Below are positions 22,085 through 35,164 of a DNA stretch of 64,000 nt, one piece after another (position 1 is the first letter of the stretch; every line of letters begins with the position of its first letter). The notes under the pieces are model-generated. The model saw nothing but the letters and a program-made list of their open reading frames with translations. It searched no databases and was not told where the DNA came from. This DNA comes from Massalongia carnosa (taxonomy: Eukaryota), in the NCBI GenBank assembly GCA_965645245.1, contig OZ287085.1, positions 310,001 to 374,000 of the forward strand, given 5' to 3'. The translations under genes were made by a program, and so were the position numbers.

Positions 22085-25000
22085 GTGATATTCTTCTGGC
22101 GTAAATATAAATTCATCATAGAGCTCATTGTTATCATACACTCAGCTCAACAGAACACCACTCCCATACTTCAAGTGGTCCTTCGTCCGCAAGTCCTTCT
22201 CCCGAAAAGGATAACCTCCAGCTCCTCCGCCGTGGCATCCTCCCCTCTCTCCGAAGGCCAGACCTTCGATCCTCCGCCTCCGGACTTCAAAAACGAAGCC
22301 TCTCTTGTGCCTCACGTCATCACGCCTGATGCCTGGAGCCACTCGATCCAGAAATTTCCCCACGAGTGGTACAATTTTCTATTCAAAGCTGCCAATCAGA
22401 TCACGTCGCTCTTGAGCTCCCTGGACATAAGATCGAGTCAGTGCGAGTCTTTAGAATCGGAGCGTGATCAAATCCGCCGTCAGCTGCGTGACTCCAATGA
22501 CGAGCTGATCGCGGCTCGAGCCTTGATCATCACCCTTCGGGGACACCCATCCCCCATCGGCCACGCAGACTCCCGATTGGAGAGACTCCCGGACATTCCC
22601 AAGTTCTCGGGAAAGAAGGAGGATTTACGTTCCTGGACAACCCGACTGCACTTGAAACTTTTCGTCAATAAAGACCGCTTCACCGGAGAAAATCATGACT
22701 CATCTATGCTATCAGCCGATTGGAGGGGCGTGCGCTCTCCCAGGTACAACCCTATGTCAAGTCACAGCACGAGATCTCTCTGCCGGATGTACCGTCCCTC
22801 CTGGTGCTGTTGGAACGTGCGTTCGGGGACCCTGACCGAAAGGCCACCGCGCAGCGTGAGCTGCGTGCCCTTCGTCAGGCAAATCGAGAGTTCCATGTGT
22901 ACTTAGCAGATTTCCAACGCATCGCCCCGGACACCAATTCTGAGGAAGCTCAACGCGCTGCCCTGCAACAAGGTATCAGCGAAGAACTTCAACAGCTAAT
23001 GGTAACGCAGCAGGTCCCGGAGGACCTCAACGAGCTGATCTCGTTACTGCAACGGCTAGATACTCGCTAGCACAATGTTAATGCCCTGCTCCGGAAGCCC
23101 TACTCGCCCCGGTCCGCCCCATCTTCTTCTGATGCGGGGACCACACTTAATAATCCTCCGTCTGGGGGGGTTGCCCTATCCCGAACCGTCTCCCCCACCG
23201 CCGTCGCTCCCGCCTCGCCTCCAGACGCCATGGACCTCTCCGCCTTCTCTCGAGGCAAGTTGCCCTCGGCGGAAGTAGCTCATTTTATGAACGAGGGGCT
23301 GTGCTGTTACTGCGGGGAGTCCGGGCACTTTGCGGCCAACTGTCCCAAACTGGCACGAGGGGGGAAACCCAAGCCGTCACGACTCAACGAGTCTACCCTT
23401 GCGGAGTCGAAGGAAAACGCAGTGTCTTCGAGCTAAGTCGCTCTCGAAGACCGACGGAAGGATTTCCTATGTCAATTTCGGCTTTTTCCATATCAGAAGA
23501 CTCGTTAGATGGTAGACATTTCGTCGTATCCATAGAACTCTCCGTAGAAAATCGCGTTTTGCACACACATGCTTTAATAGATTGCGGTGCTTCTGGCTAT
23601 GCAATCATTGATTCGTCCTTCGCGCAAAGAAATTCCCTGCCTCTCACCCCCCTTGTCCGCCCTCGCGTTCTCGAAGTTGTGGACGGCCGACCAGCCGCGG
23701 CTGGTATGCTCACACACCTGGCCAAGTTGAAGATGAACGTCAACGGGCATCACGAGCACGGCTCATTCCTTGTGACCCAGTTGGGTCACTATCCCGTAGT
23801 CCTGGGAGTCAAATGGCTCCAAATTCACGAGCCTTTCGTCAGCTGGTCTCGAAATACTCCGACCTTCTCGTCCTCGTATTTTCGTCTGGGGTGTTTGGAG
23901 AATAAACACGTCCCTCTTGTTATTCCTGGCCTTTCTGATCTTTCGGAAGAGTCTCCTCCCCCGGAGTCTGCTTCCTCAGTGCGTCTTGACCCTCCTGAAA
24001 TCCGTGAGAACAAGTTCTCTCACGCGAATCTTGAATTCTTGAAACCCACCGAGTTTATTGAACATCCCGAGCCCATGATCCGAGTCCCGAGTTCACGTCT
24101 TGAACCCTCGAAAATCACCAAGTTCATTGAACACTCTCAGCCTCCGAGTCTCGTCCTAAAACTCAAGAAGTCCAGCGCCTTTCCCATAAAAATCTGTATG
24201 ATAGGAGCCGCGCCATTTTCCACCCTGATGAAGGATCGAAAGAACGAAATCTTCACTGCGTCCTTGTACGAGATCGAGAAAGCCATACAAGCCTTGAAAA
24301 ATCCGAGCAACCTCAGCCTTGCAGCCGCATCTCTGGATGATGTGGCCAAATCCTTGAAACTTAAGAGATTCATCGATCCTGCTACCGTAGTACCCGAGGA
24401 ATTTCATGATCTCCTGGACGTGTTCCCCAAACAAGAGGCCGATAAACTGCCTCCGCATCTTTCATACGATCACAAGATCGTGTTGATGGAGGGCGCAGTT
24501 CCTTCTTCGGGTCCTCTATACAAGATGTCAGCCCCCGAGCTTTTAGTTTTGCAGAAATCTCTCAAGGAAAACTTAGCCAAGGGATTCATTCGAGCCAGTT
24601 CCTCTCCTTGTTCCTCGCCGGTATTGTTCGCACGGAAGCCTTCAGGCGGACTGCGATTCTGTGTCGATTACAGAGCCTTGAACGATATCACCGTAAAGAA
24701 TCGCTACCCAATACCCCTGATTCAGGAGACTCTCGATAGGCTCCCAAAAGCCGTTATATTCTCGAAATTTGATATTTTAGCGGCTTTCAATAAGCTGCGC
24801 ATGCAGAAGGGACAGGAATGGATGACGGCCTTCAAAACATGATATGGGCTTTTCGAGTATGATGTTCTTCCTTTCGGATTGTCTGGAGGTCCTGGATCCT
24901 TTCAGCATTACATTAACGATGTACTCCGCGAATATCTAGACGCCTTTTGCACCGCGTACATCGATGACATCTTGATTTACAGTAAATCGAGAAAAGAACA

Positions 25001-27419
25001 CAGGATCCACGTAAGAAAAGTTTTAACAGCTCTACGAGATGCGGGGTTGCAACTAGACATTGAGAAATGCGAGTTCTTCGTCACCGAAACAACATATTTG
25101 GGATTGATTATCTCCAATAAAGGAATAAGAATGGATCCTCGCAAAGTTCAAACCATCAAGGACTTAATCACGCCCAAGAATGTTAAAGATATTCAAGCCT
25201 TTGTAGGATTCGCGAACTTCTATCGCCGTTTCGTCAAAAACTTCTTCGCCATGGCCGCACCCCTGATAAAGCTGATAAAGCTGACTCGAAAGAGTGTGAT
25301 CTTTTCTTGGAATCAGGAATGCGAGACCGCATTTCAAAGATTAAAGGACGCGTTCATGAGCGACCTTGTTCTGATGAATTTTAATCCAGAGAAAAAGATC
25401 GTTGTAGAAGTTGACGCCTCGGATTGGGTAGTGGGGGTAGTACTCTCGCAACATGACGACGAAGGAATTCTAATACCTGTGGCATTCTTCTCAAAGAAAC
25501 ACTCACCAGCGGAAGTAAATCATGGGATTTATGATAAAGAGCTTATGGCTATGGTTCGTGCCTTTGAGGAATGTAGAGCTGAACTCGAAGGAGTCGCATT
25601 TCCAATACAAGTAATTTCCGATCATAAGAATCTGGAATATTTCATGACAACGAAGCAATTGAGTAGAAGGCAAGCACGCTGGTCCGAATATCTTTCTCGG
25701 TTTGATTTTCAGATTGCGTACCGCCCAGGGAAGAGTGGCGGAAAGCCCGATGCCCTTACCAGAAGGTCTTAAGACCTACCTGAGGGGGGGGATGATCCAC
25801 GAGTGAAGATCCAACATCAAACGGTCTTGAAACCTCGAAATCTTGAACTTCTAGCGAACGGATTAGCAAAGAAATTTTCAGAAGAGAACGATATTGAATC
25901 AGGTTCAGATCAAGAGGAAGTCAAGACGCTGGAAGAACTATGGCAAAAGGCTCTGAAAAATGATCATTACCCTGTCAAGATACTGAACCTGTTACGGTCA
26001 GGAGCAAGGCACTCCAAGGATATCTCGTTAGCGGAATGCACGGAAATCGACGGTCGATTACACTATCGAGAGAAAATGTTCGTTCCCGACTCTCATGCTT
26101 TGAAAATGAGGCTCTGCGAGTCTGTTCATGATAGTCCAGTGGCAGGTCACCCCGGCCGAGCCAAGACCTTTGATCATTTACAGCGCCACTATTACTGCCT
26201 CGATTTTATCAGTTCGTAGCGAAGTATGTACAGCACTGTCAAGTATGCGCACGAAGCAAATCATCTCGTCAAGGGAAAAGGGGAGTTCTCAGACCACTGC
26301 CCATTCCCGAGTGTCGCTGGTATCTCAATGGAATTTGTCACTGGACTGCCGGAAAGCAATGGATTCGACGCCATAATGGTCGTGATAGATCGTCTGTCGA
26401 AAAGACGTCACTTCTCTCCATGTCTCACCACAATCAATGCTCAAGAATTGGCTGAGCTCTTTCTTCGGGATATCTGGAAACTCCATGGACTACCAAGCAC
26501 CATTATATCAGATCGAGGAGTGCTTTTCGTGGTGGAGTTTTGGAAAAAGCTGTGTCAAGGGTTGGGAATCAAGAGTCTTCTATCGACAGCCTTCCATCCA
26601 GAAACAGATGGGCAGACGGAGCGAGTAAATGCCTCCATGGAACAATACCTTCACAGTTACAGGGATTATCTTCAGGATGACTGGGCAAATTGGTTGCCCA
26701 TGGCGGAATTTATAGGAAATAATGTCGTGTCCGAAACGACTGGGTGCAGCCCTTTTCTTGCGGAGATGGGATACCACCCGCGTTTGGGCTTTGAATTAAT
26801 GGAACCCTCAAGGTCCCCGGCCAGTTTGAACGCAGGGGAATTCGCCAAGAAAATGCAAGATATCACGATCGTGCTGCAAGAGGAAATGAGTTTCGCGCAA
26901 GCACGATACGAAGCAGGGGCCAATGAACATCGCGTGCCAGCACCGGTTTATCAAATAGGAGACGCAGTATGGCTAAGCACAAAAAACATACGTAAACAAG
27001 GAGACGCAGTATGGCTAAGCACAAAAAACATGCGTAAACAACGACCCGCTCGAAAGCTGGATTGGAAGAATCTAGGCCCATTCAAGATATCTAAGGTGGT
27101 AAGCAAGTATGCATATCGACTCGATCTCCCCATCGGCATGAAGATTCATCCCGTGTTTCATGTATCTCTTCTCTCGCCCGTGCCTCAAGATTCTCACCCT
27201 GATCACGTTCCACCTCCTCCTCCACCAGTCGAAGTTGACGGCGAAGAGGAGTATGAAGTGGAGGATATCCTCGATTCAAAGAAGTTCCGGAATCGCTTGA
27301 AGTATCTGGTGTAGTGGATCGGTTGGAACGACCCCACCTGGGAGTACACAGAGTACGTCATCAATGCCAACGAAAGAGTAGCAGTCTTTCACCGACGATG
27401 TCCAGAAAAGCCCCGATAA
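22085..27419 (+). pseudogene. Gypsy gag-pol (zinc knuckle, protease, RT, RNase H, integrase, chromodomain), disrupted
   Basis: [60 protein letters not shown], and EYEVEDILD chromodomain. Several stops and frameshifts. Confidence 0.93.
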
Positions 27420-27496
27420 CTCACACCAACCCTGAAGCAATTATGCCTGCGTGGAATCAGGCCTGAAGGAGGGAGCTACTGTCATGGTGCGAATAA

Positions 27497-29346
27497 GGCC
27501 CCGTTCGGTAACCTCCTTACTGTTAATAACGAGCCTCCTTCTTGAAAATATGGAACCTCTTTATAATGAAAAAGGCCTTGCGTTCGGTTCGGCCATTTCC
27601 GTATTTTTTAAGGAGTCTCCTTCGCAGCAACTTCTATAATTGGTATATTGCAAAGGGTCTGCAGGGATTGTTGCAGGGGGCCAAAAAAAGGTGGTCGCGA
27701 GGTCCTTTTTTTATAAAGGAGGGTTCTATTTGCCTCTGTATTCGACAATTGTATGTCTTTTAAATATGGAACACTACTTGCAGCGACGATCGCAAACAGC
27801 GACGGTTATCAATTAAATCTTGATGAGAATTGTTCCCAATCTAACTCTGACTACTCAGCATGAATCGAATAGAGGCAAAGAATATACGACGAGTTTACTT
27901 GTCAATAGCTTCTTATTGTAGCCGCGAATAAGACGCTATAAAGTACTAGGCCAAAAGTCTGCGGCCCCGCACCCCACCAACATTTCAATCATTCTATTCA
28001 ATCAACAATCAACTACGTCAGGATTGCTGAAATGTCTTGAAACTTTACATAATGATTACATACATACTAAACAAGAATTCCTCCAAAAATTGATTTTTAA
28101 TATTTAGTATACCATCCTTCCTACACTATACACGCTTGTATCCTCCTATTCATGCTCTCTATTAACCTCCTCATCATTTTCACATCTATCAACGTCCAGG
28201 CTTCTTCTAACGCTTTCCAAAGTACTTCACGAACAGTTTCATCACTGCCGATCACCAAATCTATTTTCGGGTTGACTTGATAGACGAGCTTTTTGAGCAC
28301 ATACCAAACGTGCTCGATGGGATTTAAATCAGGTGAATAGGGGGGCCAATCGATGTCCTCTATGCCGTTCTCATTGAACCATTCCATCACCTTTTTAGCC
28401 TTATGTATAGGTGCGTTTTCCTGCATGAAAATAAGGCCCGGTTGCCAAATTCCAAGCAGATTATCGTTCAATAATTCCATATATGAGTTCGCCGAGTACC
28501 CCATCTTCTTCGCAGCAAAATCACGAGCCAATTTGTAAAGATCTGACCTGTCATCTCCCCAAAAAGCTGCCCAGACCATGACACTGACTCCTTTGCCTTT
28601 GGGGACAGGTTGTATCATCTCTTTATTCCATTTTTCTTTCGGCAATCTGAACACCTACTGACGCTGTTTTCCTGACCCCTTTTCCACCGAGCACTCATCT
28701 GACCATATAACTCTTGACCACTGCTCAAAAGTTCACTCACGCCGCAGCAAGCACCAATCCAATCGTTTCTTGGCCACCTTAGGCGTCAATAAAGGTCGTT
28801 TTTTAGCCACCCAGTTGGTTAAACCATACAGTTTGAGTGCCCGATAAATGGTCGTACGACTGCAGCCGAGCCCCACTTCTAGTTTGATTTGTGCATAAGT
28901 GATTCGTGGATTGATTCGTGCATGCTTGATGATATAACGTCGATCGCGTTCTGACAGCACTTCAGGCCGTCCAGAACGTGATTTAGACACGCCGTCGTTG
29001 CGAATTGAGTGCTTCTGAATGGTGCTCTGCACGGTCGATTTAGTGAAATTAAGAGTCTTCCCAATCTCGGTCGGTGTGTGCCCCAACGCCTGGGCCCCAA
29101 CAATCATACCACGTTGATATGGCGTCAATTCAGTGTTACGAGGCCGATTACCACTTATGGGGGTCAGAGAAGCACGAAGCATGGTGAAATGATGAGGTGG
29201 AAGATGGGGGGTTGATGAGTTGAAAACGCGAAATCACGAAAATCACGGGTTGGGCCGCAGACTTTTGACACGGGACTGTAAACGCACGGACACGAGCTTA
29301 TTCAGGGGTGCAAAAAGGAGCAGTCTTAATGTTACCGAACAGATCC
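27497..29346. mobile_element. PIF/Harbinger-like non-autonomous element in the Gypsy 3' LTR (~510 bp net), hosting a Tc1
   Basis: TAA duplicated at 27494-96 and 29347-49. Imperfect TIRs GGCCCCGTTCGGTAAC and GGATCTGTTCGGTAAC. The empty site gaaTAAggataatc is seen in the 5' LTR. Confidence 0.75.
27941..29278 (-). mobile_element. Tc1/mariner transposon, defective
   Basis: Imperfect TIRs sharing CAAAAGTCTGCGGCCC, with TA on both sides. Transposase 29182-28097 (RSGRP, IWSDECS, QENAPIH, SPDLNPIEHVW, GWYTKY) has three stops. Confidence 0.9.
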
Positions 29347-29462
29347 TAAGGATAATCTAGGAAAGGTAGTCATAAGAAGGTTGCTAAGATTGCTAAGCGA
29401 TACCCCCAACATTTAGCGTCGCGGGAAACTAACCTCATCAAGGTTAGTGAAGGGTTCAAGGA

Positions 29463-29613
29463 TACGCCGCGCAACGGGTTGGGTTTTCGCCACAAAAATG
29501 CTTTTTCGCCACCGAGTTTTCTTTCAAAACTCAACCCGGACACCAAAAATCATAGGGTTCGCCATAAACGGGTTGGGTTTTTAGTAGAGAAACCCGAACC
29601 GTTGCGCGGCGTA
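29463..29613. mobile_element. 151-bp hAT-type MITE, copy 1
   Basis: TIR TACGCCGCGCAACGG and 8-bp TSD ttcaagga/gtcaagga. It is absent from the 5' LTR. Confidence 0.9.
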
Positions 29614-29996
29614 GTCAAGGAGTTAGAAGAAAATCTCAGCAGCAATTGCTGCTTTCTTCTTTATATTCGTCTTGTTTATTTAGTATAGCTATTAGCTAGC
29701 TATCAAGACCATCATTACCATCACTTAGGTAGGCCGTCTATTCCCCACCCGTTACAGTTTGATTTTATTATCGAAGCTCGTTTTCGAAACAAGACGTTGA
29801 TGATGATAATGATGATGTATTCATACTCCGATATGACACCGGCCGTAGGCCGGCCCATGCGGGCAAAGCTATCTAAGTTATGTTACATGGAAAACCTTTC
29901 ACAGGTGTAAAAAGCATATCCCTTGATACCTATCCGATGTGACTACGTGTCGACGTCGGGCGGGAGACGCAGTACAAAAGACGTGTGGGAACAGTA

Positions 29997-31797
29997 ACGT
30001 AATTGGCACCTATTCGGGCCAGCCACCTATTCGGGCCGGCCACCCGCAAACTCCACCATCATCACCAAATAGAGAAACACCATCAGCGCATTACCTCTAT
30101 CAACATCAAAACTAGCTAAAAACATCACTGTCCATGGCCAATTCCTTCCAGGCAATCTTCGCGAACTTCACTTCCCCATTTAAAGCATGATATCGTGCCT
30201 TTTTGTTGGCCAATGCTTCATCCTTTTGCCTCTTCTCCTCTACCAACTCTCGTTCTTTACCCACCGTCAGCACTTTTGCTTTTCCATGCCCTTTTCTAGA
30301 CGTCTTTTGACGTCGTTGATCCTGTTTGGCAATCAATTCCTGATTGGTATGCTGTAAAATAGTTCTATCAGCAACAGCATTCAAAGCGGTTGTTTTTAGA
30401 ACATCAACATGCGCGCGGAGAGACGGAGTCATACGAGTCAACAAAACGTCGCTGGCCTCTTGAATCCGTTTGGTCGTTTTGGGAGTGTCATTATTGACGT
30501 CGCGACAAGATGGAGGAGTGACTGGTCTAGGTAATTTGTCTATAATATGCTGAGGATTGTACGGAACCAGACCTGTTCCTCGCCAGGCACTCAGGATGTT
30601 GGTGGTGGACATTGCCTGTTTTCTTGCGACCTGAATTAGATTTAGAAATTCCACCTTCGAGACGTTTACGGCCCCGTAACGAGATCTGCTAGAAACTAAT
30701 TGCTTGTAGGCCTTACCCAATGGTCCAAAAACACCCACGTCCAATGGTTGCAATAGATGGGTGGAATGAGGAGGTAGACACAAGGGTACAATCTTGTTTT
30801 GATCGCAGAACTCCATGAATTCTATTGTGATATGACTGTCATGCCCATCGACAATCAACAGTCTATAAACCCCTTGAGTGCGACTTATTTGTGGATGGAA
30901 AACTTCTTTTAACCAATGCAAAGCTATTTCCCGGTCCGTCCATCCATTGGGACTGACCCGAATAGTTGTTTTCTCATCCGCAATGGCTGCATACCAGGCT
31001 TGCTGAATCTGAGCACCTTGAAAAATAATATAAGCAGGAAGAATACTCCCGCGAGAGGATGTACACTCAATTAAAGTGACCCAATCCCTGTTTCCTGGAT
31101 GCACATTGAAAGGTGCTGTATTACCTCTTATTATGTATGACCTTAGAACTGTCCGCAATGCCCATGGCAAATCCTTTTTCATCCATGTTGTATATATCTG
31201 CATCTGCGACACCGTATTTCTCGCGAGTGGTCATGTACAAATCAAACTAATCCTTCATGATAACAGGGTCGCTGGCGTCTTTTCTGACCTGATCCAAATT
31301 TCTATTGTATTTTAACTTGAATTCAGGATGTCTGTTCAAAAAGTTTTTATACCAATAATGTCCAAGCGCTTTTCGATCCCCTTTGGCCTCCATCAAACTC
31401 TTAGCCATGCCTTCAAGATGTATAATTCGAGGGGGCCAGCCCCATGCAGTCATTCTTTCAATCCATGTAATCAGTGCTTGTTCCTCCTGTACGGATAGTC
31501 TTTGCATAGTTTGATGATAGGATTTTGCAGGTTGTCTCCCCCGTAAACGAGCTTGAAGCGTCGATCGAGAAATGTCATAAACACGGGCGATTTCTCGTTG
31601 TGATACATTAGGATTTTCCCGCAAATATTCAACAGCTAATTCTAAACGAGTATTAGAATCTGATATATCTAATTTTGAATTCATTTGATTATGGTTGGAT
31701 GGTGGTGATAAATGATAATGGAAAAGAATTAGGTGGCCAATGGATTTTGATGGGGCGGCCCGAGTAGGTGGCTGGCCCGAATAGGTGGCAATTACGT
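29997..31797 (-). mobile_element. Fot1/pogo transposon, defective
   Basis: TIR ACGTAATTG.CACCTATTCGGGCCAGCCACCTA with TA duplication. Transposase ~31684-30112 (NGWTD, VDGHDSH, LQPLDVG) has a stop at 31247 and frameshifts. Confidence 0.92.
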
Positions 31798-31849
31798 TAA
31801 TGCCTTGTGAAAAGAGAAGAAAGAAAGAAAGGTTCAACTATTGTTGATT

Positions 31850-34800
31850 TTACAATAATGTTGATTCTAGTGAGAATTGATTCAATAAGCCTGTTTTCAT
31901 TAGCCAAGCAGTTAGTATCTTCAGAGTTTTTGATGATTTGGTCAGCTGCTGATAGTCGCTCGTGCCAGCGGCGCGAAACATCTGTTCTCTATTGTCAATA
32001 AGTCTGCAGAACATGATTACATGTTCTGGAGTTTGTCTGTGCCAGCCACATGAGCAGGCCGGTGAGGTGACGGAGGGCACCCGTCGCTTGTAGAGGAAGT
32101 CAGCTAACCCGATCTTGCCTGTGCGGATTTGAGTTGTTAGAGCGCTTTCCGCCTTTTTTAGCTGCGTGTGTATTTTCAGCCGTTTTTTGCTCAGTGGGAC
32201 TGATTGTGCTATGGAGGGTTCGATGACGCGATTTTGATATGCGCACCACGAGTCGTTCCAGACCTTTAATTGTCGTGCTTTGATTGTTTGCATCTGCTTG
32301 TGTCGGGCCGTTGCCGCAACGGTAGCTTCGCGGTGCCACGCCGGGTAGACTTCGAATCATGGTGGGTGTGCCTTTGGTGGTTGAACTATTTTTGAGTCGA
32401 TCAGTAGGCTTTTGGCCCAGATGTGTTTCAGCTCTCCCGGGGTGGGCTTTTGAAGTCGTTAGCGACCTGTCTTGCCTCGAAGTTTATCAGCTATTTTGTT
32501 GCATGCGGAGGAGATGCTCTTCAATTGGCCTCCGGCTCGGAGCCGGTGCCTTGCCTGTGCTTGTAGCATGTCGAGATGCGTGTCTATGGGCGCTATGAAT
32601 GTCTCTGCTTCTAGTACTGAGATGGGAGTGGCTTTAAAGGCACCGGCTATGGTGCGAAGGCAATTGTTTTGCATGACGGAGAGCTTGCTCGTTGACGTTT
32701 TTGACTTTTTGACTTCTTTGGGCATGTGCCATACGGTTGACCCATATGTCATGGCCGGACGCACCACGGCACTGTAAACCTGCCTTGCCTTGGCGAAGGT
32801 GGCACCCCAGGTTGATGTGGAAATTTTTGTCAATGCCATGGATTGTTTGACTATTTTCTCTTGCGTTTTGCGAACGTGCGGTCCCCATTTCAATTTGGTG
32901 TCGATTTGTAGGCCCAATACTCTGATGTCCGTTTTAGGTTCAATTTCGGTGCTAGCAATATTGATGGATGCAGTCATGTTGAATCTTTTGGGATTTCTGG
33001 ACAAGTGTATGAGTTCGTACTTCGTCGGAGCGAATACGGACCCGTGCCGGGAAGCCCACGTCTCACATTGTCTGTGTATTGCCTCTAGAGTTTGGCAGTT
33101 TTCCTCGGTGCATTTTCCATATGCCAAAATGATTGCGTCGTCTACGAATCCTATGGCACTTGTGTTTTTGCCTGGTCGATCACATATTTCCAATAGATCT
33201 GCATTGTAAAATAGGTAAAGAATGGATGACAGGGGAGAGCCCTGCGGGATACCCGTTCTTACCGCAAACCGCCCAGTGACTTTTCGATTTATTGCTAAAG
33301 TGGTGCTTCGATCGCTCATAAAGCTGTTTAACCAGTCGGTGATCCATTTTGGAATTTTTCTTTTCCGTAAATTGTGCGTTAGTCGTTGATGTGATACTGT
33401 ATCGAACGCGCCGGCGACGTCTATGCTTAGCAGTGTGGCTACTTTGTCTTTTCCCTGTCCCCAAATCGTGTATCTGCCCTTCCTTGCTCCCATCTGGGTA
33501 TCGGGTAGGTGTAGGTGTTTTTCCGCCAGATAGGTTATTTTCGATCCAATGATGGATTCCATAACTTTACTGAGCGTGTTGAGTAGTGCAATTGGTCGGT
33601 AGGCTTTCGGCGTGGTATAGTCTCCTTTGCCTATTTTTTTCAGCGCTATTGTGTTTGCCATTTTGAAGGCCCGCGGGTGGTACGAGTGTGTGACGCACGC
33701 CTGAAACAGAGGTGTTAGTAGTTCGACAAGTATTTCGCTGCATGCTTTGAGTATTCTGTTAGACATGCCGTCTGGGCCCGGTGCCTTATCGGACTTGAGC
33801 CGACTCAGGGCCGTCGATACTTCTGACTTGGTGATGATTATTGGGCAGTGCGGTGATGTAGGATAGAAGGATCCTTCTATGTCGCTTAGGTCGGCCGGTG
33901 ATGGTGCGGGAAAGAAGACACCTTTCAGCATTTCGGCTTTTTGGTCAAACGTGTCTGCTACTTGGTCATTGAATTTTAGCATCGGCATTTTGGATACTTC
34001 TCTAGATTGATGACTTTTGTCTTTGGCCCATTTCGCTAGCCGCCATAGTCCCTGAGGCGTTTCGTTGGCCTTATTGATTTCTTGACGAAAGTTTGTTCTC
34101 TTTGCCTTTTGAATGATTTTCTGTTTTTTATCATTGGATTTCATATAGTTAGACCAGTCCGTTAGGTCTAACGTGCTGGACCATATGCGGCGTAGTTTCC
34201 GTGTGGCTTTGGTGGCAATGCTGCATTCTTCTATCCAGAATGGCTTAGCATATTCGCTAGATTTTGCCCATGGAACTGCTTCGTTGATGATATTTTGTAG
34301 ACATTTTTGAATCGATTCCGTGTACGCATCAATCTCGGCAGTGGTACGGGGAGACTCCAGTATAGGGGCGTGTCGTTCGGCCTCCCTTAATTTTTCCAGG
34401 TTTAGAAGTTTCCATGCTCTGCGTTTGATTTTCGGTTGCGGCTCGCTTCCGAGTAAGATGCGGGTTGATATCGGCACGTGATCGGACGATTGATTCAATT
34501 CTGGTCTGGACATGCAGTGTTCGAGTCTTTCGACTAGGTATTCTGACATGAAAACCAAATCTATCGTGCTAGACGTGTTTCTTGCTTCCCATGTTACGGT
34601 GCCTTTCGGCAGTGTCAACGAAAGATTATGATCATCGATTATTTCCAGTAATTGATCAGCAGCAGCGTGTTGTGTGGGTCTTGAGGGACCATTCCAAAAG
34701 GGATGATGCAGGTTGAAATCTCCAAGTAGTATGTGATGCGCATCGGTGGTAAGCATGCTCCGAGCCGCCGGTAAGGTCGTGGGACTGTCAGTGGATGAAT

Positions 34801-35164
34801 AGGAAGCGGAAGAGGGGTTATACATATCATGGACGTGAATTGTTTCCATAACGCCTTCGGTGTAGGTCTTTATTTTCAAAGTGCACATGTCGGCCGAGGT
34901 GAATTCCACCTCCCAGCTGTCAGTGTCTATTAGGTCGTTGACATAAAAGCACACTCTGGTGTCACCTCCTGGGCGGTATAGGAGGTGAAAGCCGCTTTGA
35001 TGAGAACTAAACGATGTGGGGGCGGATGGATTGCGCCACGGTTCCTGTATTGCAATAATATTATAGTCCTGGGTGTTTGTGTCTGCTAATAGGGGTATCA
35101 TAGTACTCACTCTGTTATTTCTGACATTATACTGCAATATAGAGAGGGATTTTGTGTCCCTCAT
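31850..35164 (-). pseudogene. LINE ORF2 (AP endonuclease, RT, C-terminal CCHC)
   Basis: IAIQEPW, LGDFNLHH, SDHVPI, KAPGPDG, GIPQGSPLS and FVDD motifs. Same-frame stops at 32459 and ~32357, and a 39-bp in-frame deletion near 33470 relative to the copy at 49150. Confidence 0.92.

Larger units (their letters stand above)
19477..29756 (+). mobile_element. Ty3/Gypsy chromovirus, full length but decayed; both LTRs carry insertions
   Basis: 5' LTR 19477-21948 and 3' LTR 27480-29756 both run TGT..TTACA and are homologous once inserts are removed. A polypurine tract precedes 27480. The right flank is gtttg and the left flank is tttg. Confidence 0.9.
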
